From Luteitalea sp. (GTDB lineage Bacteria > Acidobacteriota > Vicinamibacteria > Vicinamibacterales > CAVVIG01): a stretch of 64,000 nt of DNA. The first letter of the stretch is position 1. Each line of letters starts with the position of its first letter. Where the stretch lies: contig WHSN01000002.1 of assembly GCA_009380045.1 (NCBI GenBank), forward strand, positions 9,744-73,743, given 5' to 3'. Of this stretch, positions 41,086-52,884 are shown piece after piece. The notes beneath the pieces were generated by a model that saw only the letters and a program-made list of their open reading frames with translations, ran no database searches and had not been told where the DNA came from. The translations under genes and the position numbers were made by a program.

Positions 41086-41936
41086 ATGTCCTTCGCCATC
41101 AGCGCGATAGGGTTGTCGCGGATGGCGGGATCCGGACTGCCGGCGGCGCAGTTTGCGACGGCCGTCAACGCCGTCGAGGTCTACGCGACGGTAACCGATG
41201 CTCGAGGGGAGCCGGTCTCTGGACTGAGCGAGCAGGATTTCGCGATCGAGGAAGGCGGCGAACCCGAGGTGATCGGCTCGTTCGCGGCGGGGAGCTTCCG
41301 CTCGCGCTGGCGGTGGCGATCGATCGGAGCTTCAGTATCTCCGAGGCGCACGTGGCCGGTGTGGCATCGGCGGTGAAGGGCTGGCTGCGCGAGTTGCGGC
41401 CCCGGGACGAAGTGATGCTGCTCGCCATCGGCAGCGAGAACGAGGTTCTGCACCCGCTGTCGGCGGACCGCGGCGCGGCCGGCGAGGCGCTCGCGAGATT
41501 GCGCCGGTGGGGGACCACCCCGCTCCACGACGCCGTGCTTGCGGCGCTCTCGTCGATCCAGGCTGGCCATGGACGCCGGGCGCTGGTGCTCTTGTCCGAC
41601 GGCAGGGATCGATACAGCCTCGCGAGCGCGGCCGACGTGATCGAGCGGGCACGCAGAGCCGACGTGCTGGTGTATCCCGTGGCGCTGGCCCGGGAGCCTC
41701 CGTCACTGTTCACCGGGCTGGCATCGGCGACCGGCGGGCGATCGTTCCAGGCCGCCGATGTCGGCACCCTGCCTTCCACGCTGTCCACGATTGCGCGCGA
41801 GCTCCGATCGCAGTATCTGCTTGGCTATACGCCGTCGCGGCCGATGACAGAGGGCCCGGCCTGGCGATCGATTCGCGTCACCGTGAATCGTCCCGGGGTG
41901 CGCGTTCGCGCCCGGGAGGGATACCTGGCGCGATAG
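41086..41936 (+). CDS. VWA domain-containing protein (TIGR03436-like), split into two frames as sequenced (apparent 1-nt frameshift)
   Basis: The N-part lies in the frame of ORF 40822..41376 (AVNAVEVYATVTDARGEPVSGLSEQDFAIEEGGEPEVIGSFAAG). The C-part lies in the frame of ORF 41016..41936 (ELPLALAVAIDRSFSI...LLSDGRD...). One extra G in the G4 run at 41289-41292 joins them seamlessly. Confidence 0.7.
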
Positions 41937-41938
41937 GC

Positions 41939-42150
41939 CAGTTGGTCACTTGGTCATTGGTCACTTGGTCATTGGTCATGGGTCATTGAGTCATTTGGCC
42001 ATTGATCTGGTCATTTCCTTGTGGTCATTTCATGACCAAATCACCAGATGACCACATGTACCGTGTCATTTCATCGACAGATCACCAAATGACCCAATGA
42101 CCAACGACCCAATGACCAACGACCCAATGACCAACGACCAAAAGACCAAC
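41939..42150. repeat. intergenic inverted array of TTGGTCA-type units (left arm) and TGACCAA-type units (right arm), ~210 nt imperfect hairpin
   Basis: The left arm (41939-42030) contains TTGGTCACTTGGTCA x2-3 plus degenerate copies. The turn is TGGTCAT-TTC-ATGACCA at 42022-42038. The right arm contains GACCCAATGACCAAC x3 (42091-42135). The element lies between convergent genes. Confidence 0.9.
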
Positions 42151-42163
42151 TGTACCGCGTGCG

Positions 42164-42622
42164 TCAGACGCGTCCCGTCCATGCGCCGATCGCGGCGTTG
42201 CCTGCGCCGTAGGAATGCAGCACGGCGAGCGCGTCGGCGGCGCGCGGCTCGCTGTGGATCGCCACCAGCACTCCGCCTCGAGCGGTGAGTGCTTCGAAGA
42301 TGCGCGCATCGTGCGACTGGAATCCGACGCGGCGCATGGTTCCGGCGAGCCCGAGCGTCGCCAGATCGCGGGCCGCGCCCTGCAGCGGGGCGACGATGGG
42401 ACCTTTCATGAGCACCGCCCCGACGGCGCCCGATTCGACACGCTCGCCCGGCCCGCCAAGGACCGTCTCGATGAGCGATGCCACCTCGCTGCTCTCCTTC
42501 GCCATGATGCTCAACGACGCGGACGGCAGCCCCGCGGCAATGAGCGCTCCAAGACCCTTCTGCGCCCACGCGACATCCTGAAACACCCCGACGGTGAAGC
42601 GGCCAGTCTCGACCTGGATCAT
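42164..42622 (-). CDS. hypothetical protein (possibly general-stress YflT-like; weak)
   Basis: 152-aa ORF with plausible composition (MIQVETGRFTVGVFQDVAWAQKGLGALIAAGLP...). Function not recognised with confidence. Confidence 0.5.
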   Translation of the reverse strand: MIQVETGRFTVGVFQDVAWAQKGLGALIAAGLPSASLSIMAKESSEVASLIETVLGGPGERVESGAVGAVLMKGPIVAPLQGAARDLATLGLAGTMRRVGFQSHDARIFEALTARGGVLVAIHSEPRAADALAVLHSYGAGNAAIGAWTGRV

Positions 42623-42675
42623 GCGCGCAACGATATCACGAGCCCCTCAGGCGCCGCATCCCGCGCGTCGTTCGT

Positions 42676-42710
42676 GCATCTCGCGGCACTCATCTCGCAT
42701 CTCGCGGCAC
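42676..42710. repeat. direct repeat GCATCTCGCGGCAC x2 with 21-nt period in a divergent promoter region
   Basis: Exact 14-mers at 42676-42689 and 42697-42710, between the divergent ORF 42164..42622 and the tonB-like gene. Confidence 0.6.
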
Positions 42711-42924
42711 CCGCCCCAGCACGCGCAAGGCAAAACGCCGACGGTGCTGGCGACTCGGCAGCACTTTACCGCGTCAGGCCCACATGCCTTCTCCCGGTGA
42801 CGGAAACCGTCTCTCGAGCGGTTCGTCCCAGCAGATCCGGAGCAGCCCGAGAGGCATTTCTTTTGCAGTTGCCTCGTTGACACCCGTGCGCCACAATATT
42901 TCCACGAGAGATATTCAAGTCCCC

Positions 42925-43845
42925 ATGGTAGAGACCCTTCAATCAGGCGGAGCTCGCACGAACGTGTCCGCCGGGCATCTCTCGGTTCACGTGGAAGGGG
43001 CACACCCCCCGGAAGTCGTGTTCAGCCTCGAGCAGCAGTCCAAGCGGCTCGGGCCGGCATTTCTCACTTCGTTCGTCATGCAGATCGTCGCCGTCCTGCT
43101 GGTGGTCGCGCTGAGCCGGTACGGAGTCAGCATGGCGGGCACACCGGCAATCCTTCCGGAGGAGCCGAACAGCAACATCGTGTGGCTCAGTCAGCCAGGG
43201 CCCGGCGGCGGCGGTGGCGGCGGCGGCAATCAGATGAAAGAGCCGCCGCGACAGGCGGAGCTGCCCGGCAAGGACAAGATCACCGTCCCCGTCAGCAAGC
43301 CCGTTCAGATCGAGCCGCTCAAGCAGGCCAGGGTCGAGCCCGAACCGATTGCGCAGCTCAATATCCCCGCCCAGGAGCTGTCCGCTTCGGCGCTGGAGCT
43401 GCCGGGCGCGATTGAGGCGCCGCCCGGTCCTCCAACCCCGTCACAGGGAAGTGGCGCGGGAGGAGGCGCAGGGTCGGGACGCGGATCGGGGATCGGATCG
43501 GGCACCGGCTCCGGGCTGGGTCAGGGTTCGGGAGGCGGCACGGGGGGCGGTGTCTATCAGCCGGGCAACGGCGTCACCATCCCGGTGAAGGTGCGCGAGG
43601 TGAAGCCGGCGTACACCTCCGACGCCATGCGGGCGAAGATTCAGGGCACGGTGTGGCTGCAGTGTGTCGTCCGCCCCGACGGCAGCATTACCGATGTGCA
43701 GGTGGTGAAGTCGCTCGATCCGGTGTTCGGTCTGGATCAGGAGGCCATCAAGGCCGCCCGCCAGTGGATGTTCCGCCCAGGCACGCGCCTCGGCCAGCCG
43801 GTGTCGGTGCAGATCACCATCGAGATGGAGTTCACGCTTCGCTGA
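42925..43845 (+). CDS. energy transducer TonB family protein
   Basis: From ATG 42925 there is a TM anchor (FLTSFVMQIVAVLLVVAL). Gly-rich and Pro-rich spacers follow. The C-terminal TonB domain reads KPAYTSDAMRAKIQGTVWLQCVVRPDGSITDVQVVKSLD..GLDQEAIKAARQWMFRPG. Confidence 0.8.
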   Translation: MVETLQSGGARTNVSAGHLSVHVEGAHPPEVVFSLEQQSKRLGPAFLTSFVMQIVAVLLVVALSRYGVSMAGTPAILPEEPNSNIVWLSQPGPGGGGGGGGNQMKEPPRQAELPGKDKITVPVSKPVQIEPLKQARVEPEPIAQLNIPAQELSASALELPGAIEAPPGPPTPSQGSGAGGGAGSGRGSGIGSGTGSGLGQGSGGGTGGGVYQPGNGVTIPVKVREVKPAYTSDAMRAKIQGTVWLQCVVRPDGSITDVQVVKSLDPVFGLDQEAIKAARQWMFRPGTRLGQPVSVQITIEMEFTLR

Positions 43846-43899
43846 GCTCAGAGCTGGGGCAGCCGCCTGGCAAGACCGGGTTGAGCAGGCCCGGCAGAG

Positions 43900-43938
43900 A
43901 AAAAAGGCCCGGGCGGCTTGTGCGCGCCCGGGCCTTTT
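43900..43938. terminator. bidirectional intrinsic terminator (A6 - GC hairpin - T4)
   Basis: GGCCCGGGCG (43906-15) pairs with CGCCCGGGCC (43925-34) across a 9-nt loop. It is flanked by AAAAAA upstream and TTTT downstream. It lies between the convergent tonB-like and groEL genes. Confidence 0.75.
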
Positions 43939-43949
43939 CAGTGTGAACG

Positions 43950-44060
43950 GAGAACGAGAAATCTTGAATCGGGAACGTCAAATTTCTGAATGCAGAATTC
44001 TCGACCGGCCAGACCTCGTCACGAATTCTTCATTCCCAATTCCCAACTCCTAATTTCACG
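43950..44060. repeat. AT-rich imperfect palindromic element downstream of groEL
   Basis: AGAATTC (43994-44000) faces GAATTCT (44023-29), and GAATCGGGAA (43966-75) faces TTCCCAATTC (44033-42). The right arm carries the tandem TTCCCAA TTCCCAA CTCCTAA. G+C is visibly much lower than in the flanks. Confidence 0.6.
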
Positions 44061-44062
44061 CG

Positions 44063-46025
<1,963 letters not shown>

Positions 46026-46104
46026 GCTCTGTACTCCGTCTTTTAGCAATGAGGGTCCTTGCGGACCGCCTGACAAGTGGGCGCCGTGCGAGCCCAAGGC
46101 GCAC

Positions 46105-46131
46105 TTAGCACTCGCTCCTGGCGACTGCTAA
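46105..46131 (-). promoter_or_regulatory. CIRCE operator (HrcA binding site)
   Basis: TTAGCACTC-GCTCCTGGC-GACTGCTAA matches the consensus TTAGCACTC-N9-GAGTGCTAA with one mismatch. It lies in the groES leader. Confidence 0.85.
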
Positions 46132-46158
46132 TTATAGTTTGGCGGCTGGCACTGTCAA
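46131..46158 (-). promoter_or_regulatory. sigma-70-type promoter of groESL
   Basis: The minus strand reads TTGACA (46158-53), a 16-nt spacer, then TATAAT (46136-31). The -10 box abuts CIRCE. Confidence 0.7.
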
Positions 46159-46168
46159 CTCGTGAGTG

Positions 46169-46381
46169 CTAGCCGCGTTTCTTTATCTTGTATTCACCCA
46201 TTTTGCGGGTGAGGGTGTTGCGGTGCATGCCGAGGCATCCGGCGGCCTTGGTCAGGCTCCCGTCGCACTGGCCGAGCACGCGGACGATGAACCGCCTCTC
46301 GAACTCGCGGACGGCGTCCTCGAAATGCACGCCTTTATCGACCATTTCCTCGACGAGCTTCTCCAGCCGCTCCGCGATCAT
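46169..46381 (-). CDS. Fis-family helix-turn-helix DNA-binding protein (70 aa)
   Basis: The C-terminus GSLTKAAGCLGMHRNTLTRKMGEYKI is a Fis/NtrC-type HTH. The start overlaps the purC stop (ATGA at 46378-81). Confidence 0.7.
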   Translation of the reverse strand: MIAERLEKLVEEMVDKGVHFEDAVREFERRFIVRVLGQCDGSLTKAAGCLGMHRNTLTRKMGEYKIKKRG

Positions 46382-47352
46382 GCCAGTTCGCGTCCGGTCA
46401 GCCGGCGGTAAGCTTCCACATACTTCTCGCGGGTCCTGACCACGACCTCATCGGGCAGGGAGGGGACCGGCGCCTGCTTGTTCCAGTGCACGCCCTCCAG
46501 GTAGTCGCGGACGAACTGCTTGTCGAAGCTTGGCTGCGGGCCGCCGGCCCGGTAGCCGTCCCGAGGCCAGAAGCGGGACGAGTCCGGCGTCAGGGCTTCA
46601 TCGATCAGGATCAGGCGCTCCTCGGCAGGGCGCGATGCATGATCGCCCGCAGCCGGGAGCAGACCGAACTCGAATTTCGTGTCGGCGACGATGATGCCGC
46701 ACGATTCGGCGTGAGCGGCCCCCTCGGCGTACAGCCGCAGCGTGAGGTCGCGGGCCCTGGAGAGCACGGACGGTTCGACAAGGGCCCCCGCGGCGGCTTC
46801 GCTGATGTTGATGTCGTGTCCGCTCTGGGCCTTGGTCGCCGGTGTGAAAATCGGGGCCGGCAGGCGCGACGACTCGAGCAGGCCGGCGGGAAGTCGAATG
46901 CCACAGACCTCGCCGGTGTCTCGATAGTCCTTCCACGCCGAGCCGGACAGAAAGCCCCGCGCGACACATTCGATCGGCAGCGGTTCGGTGCGCCGGACCA
47001 GCATCGAGCGGCCGGCCAGCAGCGCCCCATCGCCGCGCGTCGACTCGGGGAACGCCGCCAGATCGGTTGACAGCAGGTGATTCTGGACGATCCCGCGGGT
47101 GCGGTTGAACCAGAAGGCTGAAATCTGATTGAGGACCTTCCCCTTGTCCGGGATGCCCGAGCCGAGAACGTAGTCGAAGGCGGATATGCGATCGGTGGCG
47201 ATGATCAGCAGGCGATCGCCGAAGTCGTACAGGTCTCGAACCTTTCCGTGTCGATCGGGAGCGCGGCGGCCGAGTGTGGTTTGGAGAATAGCGGGGGCCA
47301 GCGGCAAGTCAAATCCTCGGCCGAAGAAGACTCCGCATGTTACAGGGACCAC
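46378..47352 (-). CDS. purC: phosphoribosylaminoimidazole-succinocarboxamide synthase (long form)
   Basis: GKVRDLYDFGDRLLIIATDRISAFDYVL, ADTKFEFG and LIDEALTPDSSRFW. The start is uncertain: the track gives 47352, while a TTG at 47307 has GAGGA upstream. Confidence 0.85.
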   Translation of the reverse strand: MVPVTCGVFFGRGFDLPLAPAILQTTLGRRAPDRHGKVRDLYDFGDRLLIIATDRISAFDYVLGSGIPDKGKVLNQISAFWFNRTRGIVQNHLLSTDLAAFPESTRGDGALLAGRSMLVRRTEPLPIECVARGFLSGSAWKDYRDTGEVCGIRLPAGLLESSRLPAPIFTPATKAQSGHDINISEAAAGALVEPSVLSRARDLTLRLYAEGAAHAESCGIIVADTKFEFGLLPAAGDHASRPAEERLILIDEALTPDSSRFWPRDGYRAGGPQPSFDKQFVRDYLEGVHWNKQAPVPSLPDEVVVRTREKYVEAYRRLTGRELA

Positions 47353-47432
47353 GGAGGGCTCGCAACAACAACATATAGCGGCAGTCGGCCGCCAGCGCCG
47401 CTAGAGCGGTATAGTAGAGGGCGCTCCACCAC

Positions 47433-48461
47433 ATGCGATCTCATGTCCGCACGATCCTTGTCCTCGCGGTCGCCGCCGCGTTGCTGGTCCTCTTCCTGTA
47501 CAAGGTGGACCTGCGGGGCGTGGTGCTGCAGATCGTCGACGCCGAGCCGGTATGGCTGGCGTTGTCGCTCGCGACGATGTTCGCGAATCTGGCGATTCGG
47601 GCCTGGCGGTGGCAGTATCTGCTCGAACCCCTCGGTCGGACGACGTTCGCCAACGCCTTCCGCGCGACCGCCGTCGGATTCGCGGCCAGCAGCATTCTGC
47701 CGGCGCGCGCCGGCGAGGTGATTCGCCCGTATTTCCTCGCGCGGCACGAGCGGCTGAGCGCCACCGGCGCCTTCGCGACGATTATTCTCGAACGGCTGCT
47801 GGACATGATCACCGTGCTCCTGCTGCTGGCGAGCTTCGTTTTCTTCTCCGGCGCAGACTTGTCGGCCGCCAACCCGGTTGCCTACGAGGCGGTGAAATGG
47901 GCCGGCGCCACCGCCGGCGCCATGGCGCTCGCGGCGCTCGTTGTGCTGTTCGTGCTCGCCGGCAACCCGGCGCGCCTGGCGGCGACTCTCAAGAAGCTGG
48001 AGCAGGTGCTGCCGTCGAAGCTGGCCGGGCTGCTGGCCGAGGTCGCCGAGAAGTTCGCCATCGGACTCGGCGCCATCCGGCGCCCGGGGCGTCTCCTGGT
48101 CGCGCTGCTGCTGTCCGTTCCGCTGTGGTTGTGCATCGCGATGGGGACCTGGGCTGCAGCGGTTGCGTTTCACCTGGCCGTACCCTTCACTGGATCGTTC
48201 CTCATCATGGCGCTGCTGGTGATCGGCGTCGCGGTGCCGACCCCTGGAGCGGTCGGGGGCTTCCACGCCATGTTTCGCCTCGGCGCCACCACTTTTTTCG
48301 GGGCGCCCGACGACGCGGCAGTGGGGGCGGCGATTGTCCTGCACGCCTTCACCGTCGGACCGTCGCTCCTGCTCGGGCTGATGTTCGCCGCCCAGGCCGG
48401 CATGAACCTGAGAGGCGTCCAGCGGCTGGCCGATCAGGCCGAAGTCAGGCGCTCCGCGTAG
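47433..48461 (+). CDS. lysylphosphatidylglycerol synthase TM-region / UPF0104 family membrane protein
   Basis: 342 aa with ~8 TM segments. The N-terminal pattern ([23 protein letters not shown]...[11 protein letters not shown]) is typical of the flippase-like UPF0104 family. Confidence 0.65.
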   Translation: MRSHVRTILVLAVAAALLVLFLYKVDLRGVVLQIVDAEPVWLALSLATMFANLAIRAWRWQYLLEPLGRTTFANAFRATAVGFAASSILPARAGEVIRPYFLARHERLSATGAFATIILERLLDMITVLLLLASFVFFSGADLSAANPVAYEAVKWAGATAGAMALAALVVLFVLAGNPARLAATLKKLEQVLPSKLAGLLAEVAEKFAIGLGAIRRPGRLLVALLLSVPLWLCIAMGTWAAAVAFHLAVPFTGSFLIMALLVIGVAVPTPGAVGGFHAMFRLGATTFFGAPDDAAVGAAIVLHAFTVGPSLLLGLMFAAQAGMNLRGVQRLADQAEVRRSA

Positions 48462-48465
48462 TCGT

Positions 48466-48924
48466 ATGAAGTGTCCCTACTGTGCCCACCTGGGCGACAA
48501 GGTTGTCGACTCGCGCGAGAGCAAGGAAGGCGAGGTCATCCGCCGTCGCCGTGAGTGCCTCGAGTGCGGCAAGCGATTCACGAGCTACGAACGGATCGAC
48601 GAGATCCCGTACATGGTCGTGAAGAAGGACGGCACCCGCGAGCGGTTCGAACGACAGAAGCTCATCGCCGGCCTGCTGCGGGCGTGTGAAAAGCGGCCGG
48701 TCAGCCTCGCCGCCGTCGAAGGGATCGCCGATCGCGTGGAGTCGACGCTCCAGGAGCGTCCGGAGAAGGAAATCGCCACGGCGGACATCGGCGCCTTCGT
48801 CATGGAAGAACTGAAGAAGCTCGACAAAGTGGCGTATGTGCGGTTTGCTTCCGTCTATCGCCATTTTCGCGACATCGGCGAGTTCATGAGCGAGCTGAAC
48901 GAGCTCTTGAAGGTCAAGGAGTAG
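48466..48924 (+). CDS. nrdR: transcriptional repressor NrdR
   Basis: [42 protein letters not shown] is the zinc ribbon, followed by an ATP-cone. Confidence 0.95.
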   Translation: MKCPYCAHLGDKVVDSRESKEGEVIRRRRECLECGKRFTSYERIDEIPYMVVKKDGTRERFERQKLIAGLLRACEKRPVSLAAVEGIADRVESTLQERPEKEIATADIGAFVMEELKKLDKVAYVRFASVYRHFRDIGEFMSELNELLKVKE

Positions 48925-48952
48925 GGACCCGGGGATCCCCGACCCCGGGTCC
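48925..48952 (+). terminator. GC-rich hairpin downstream of nrdR (possible terminator/attenuator, no T-tract)
   Basis: GGACCCGGGG (48925-34) pairs with CCCCGGGTCC (48943-52) across an 8-nt loop. GATCCCCGA recurs at 48934 and 48954. Confidence 0.4.
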
Positions 48953-48979
48953 TGATCCCCGAATCCCAGAGAAGACGAA

Positions 48980-51261
48980 GTGCCCGCCACGGTCACCTCC
49001 ATCGCGCCGAGCCGAGTGCCCGGACCAGCCTCCGCGCCCCCGCCGCGTCGCCGTCCGTTCCGGGACAACCCGCGGCTGATACTGGCCGGCATCGCGGCGC
49101 TGGTGATGGCGCTGGTGGCGATCCTCACCGTCGCCAACCGTCCGCCGGCGCTCTCGCCCGACGTGCTCTCGGAGGTCGTTCTCTACGCGCTCACCGCCGC
49201 CGACCTCACGATGCTCGTCGCGCTCGTCTTCGTGCTGGCGCGCAACATCGTCAAGCTGGTGGTGGAGCGGCGGCACGGCCGCCCGTTCGCCAGGTTCCGC
49301 GCCAAGCTGGTCGCCCTGCTGCTCGGCATGACGCTGGTCCCGGCGATTCTGGTCCTCGCTGTCGGAAGCGAGCTCCTGCAGGCGAGCGTCGAACGGTGGT
49401 TCAACGCGCCGATGGACGAGATCCTCTCGTCGGCCAACCAGATCGCAGGCGATTACTACCAGGAGCGGCAGTTGCAGGTCAGCGATCAGGCGACGCGGCT
49501 CGCCCGAACGCTGTCGACGGTCGATCTCGCGCAGCCCGATGTCGCCGAGCTTCGAGATCTCATTTCGCCCGACATCACGCTGCAGCGCGTGCAGATGGTC
49601 GAGGTCTACCGGATCGCGCCGCCCAACCTCGGCCCGCCAGGCCTCGAGACGGTTCTCGACATCGCCGCCCCCGCGCTGCCGGCCGGTTATTCCCGGGCGG
49701 GGGCCAACCGGCTGGCCGCGCAAGTGCTTGCCGGCGCGGAGGAGACGCGGTCGGTCGAGACGCTTGGCGCGTCGGGCGATCTTCTTCACGCCGCCTCCGT
49801 CATCACCTCCACGCCGGGAGACGTCGTCACGGGGGTGGTGGTGGCGACCGATTACCTGACCGGCGACATGGCCGCGCGGTCGCGGCGCATGACGCAGGCC
49901 TTCGAGGACTACAACCAGCTCCGGGTTCTGAAGCGCCCGCTCACCGGCGTCTATCTGTCGTTCTTTCTCATGGTCACGCTGATGATTCTGGTCGGCGCCA
50001 CCTGGATGGGGCTCTATCTCGCGAAGCGGATCACGCAGCCGGTGCAGATGCTGGCGGCTGCGGCGCGCGAGATCGGGGCCGGCCGTCTGGATCAGCACCT
50101 CGAGCCTCAGAGCAACGACGAGTTCGGGGCGCTCACCGAAGCGTTCAACGCGATGGCCGGCGAACTGGCGACGAGCCGGCGTCGTGTGGAGCGTTCGACG
50201 ATCGAGCTGGAGCGCAAGCACGTCGAAGTGGAGGGACGCCGCCGGTACATCGAAACGATTCTGGAGCGGATCACCACCGGCGTGATCTCAATCGACGCTG
50301 CCGGCGCCGTCACCACCATCAATTCGGCCGCCCAACGCCTGCTCGGCCTCGATCGCCATGTTGTCGGTCAACCGCTGCGCCAGGTGTTCCAGCGGCCAGT
50401 CTTCAGCCGATCGGTGCGCTGCTCACCGGGTCGTCGCCGAGCCGGCTAGATCCGGTCGCCCAGGAGGTTGCGATCCTGCGCGACGATCACGAGCTGCACC
50501 TCGGCGTCGTCGTCACGGCGTTCGTCGATGACCACGGGTCGGCCGAGGGGCAGGTGATCGTGCTCGACGACGTCACGCCGCTGATCCGGGCGCAGAAGGT
50601 GGCGGCCTGGCGCGAGGTGGCGCGACGGCTGGCGCACGAAATCAAGAACCCGCTGACGCCGATACAACTCTCCGCCGAGCGCATGCGCCGGCATTTTGCC
50701 GACGCGCCCTCGGGCGCGCGAGCGCTGGTCGAGGAGTGCACGGGCACCATCGTCGGCGAGGTCGAGTCGTTGAAGGGGCTGGTCGACGAGTTTTCGCAGT
50801 TCGCGCGGATGCCTTCTCCGCGCACCGTTCCCACCGAGCTGCACGAGCTGATGGAACATGCGCTGGGGCTCTACAACGGGATCTTCACCGACGTCACCAT
50901 TACCCGCCGGTGGGCGGGCGAGATGCCGGTGGTGCGGATCGACCCCGAACAAATCAGGCGGGTGATCATCAACCTGGTTGACAACGCGATCGAGGCGATG
51001 GAACGGCGCGGCCACATCGTGGTCGAAACGCAGTGCGAGCCGGCCAACCATCTCGTGCGGATCATGGTCGCCGACGATGGACCGGGCATCCCGGCGGCTG
51101 AGCGGGAGAAGCTGTTCCTGCCGTACTATTCGACCAAGCGCCGCGGAAGCGGGCTCGGGCTGGCGATCGTCCGGCGAATCATCGCCGAGCACGGCGGGAA
51201 CATCGACGTCGGCGACAACGTCCCTCGCGGCACACGTTTCACCATCGAGCTGCCGTGCTGA
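48980..51261 (+). CDS. NtrY-like sensor histidine kinase (TM-HAMP-PAS-HisKA-HATPase), split into two frames as sequenced (apparent 1-nt frameshift)
   Basis: ORF 48980..50449 carries the TM segments, a HAMP domain (LAKRITQPVQMLAAAAREIG) and the start of a PAS domain. ORF 49396..51261 carries the H-box HEIKNPLTPI, N-box DNAIEAM, and DDGPGI and GSGLGLAIV. The frames join as ...QVFQRP(S)LQPIGALL if one base is added near 50396-50398. Confidence 0.75.
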
Positions 51262-51391
51262 GGCAGGCAGCGGGGACAGGGGCCATCGCGAAGGCGCGAA
51301 GCGGGCGGCGATTCGGTTGCGATCTCCGTGTGCTCCGTGGCCCTGATGCTCGTGGCCGTTGTGGTCTTCGTGACTTCGTGAAACGCGAGCG

Positions 51392-52777
<1,386 letters not shown>

Positions 52778-52780
52778 CGA

Positions 52781-52850
52781 TCGTTGGTCGTTGGTCGTTG
52801 GTCGTTGGTCGGTTGGTGTCGGCGTTGATGTCGGTCGTCCGTCGTTGGCC
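52781..52850. repeat. tandem heptamer array (TCGTTGG/TTGGTCG x4-5 plus degenerate copies), single arm
   Basis: CGTTGGT is repeated at 52782, 52789, 52796 and 52803. It then decays into GGTTGGTGTCGGCGTTGATGTCGGTCGTCCGTCGTTGG. It lies between convergent genes and shares the TTGGTC core with the arrays at 41939 and 62847. Confidence 0.85.
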
Positions 52851-52884
52851 GCCGGTTCTGGGTGCTTGGCCGCGTGTTCAGCGC

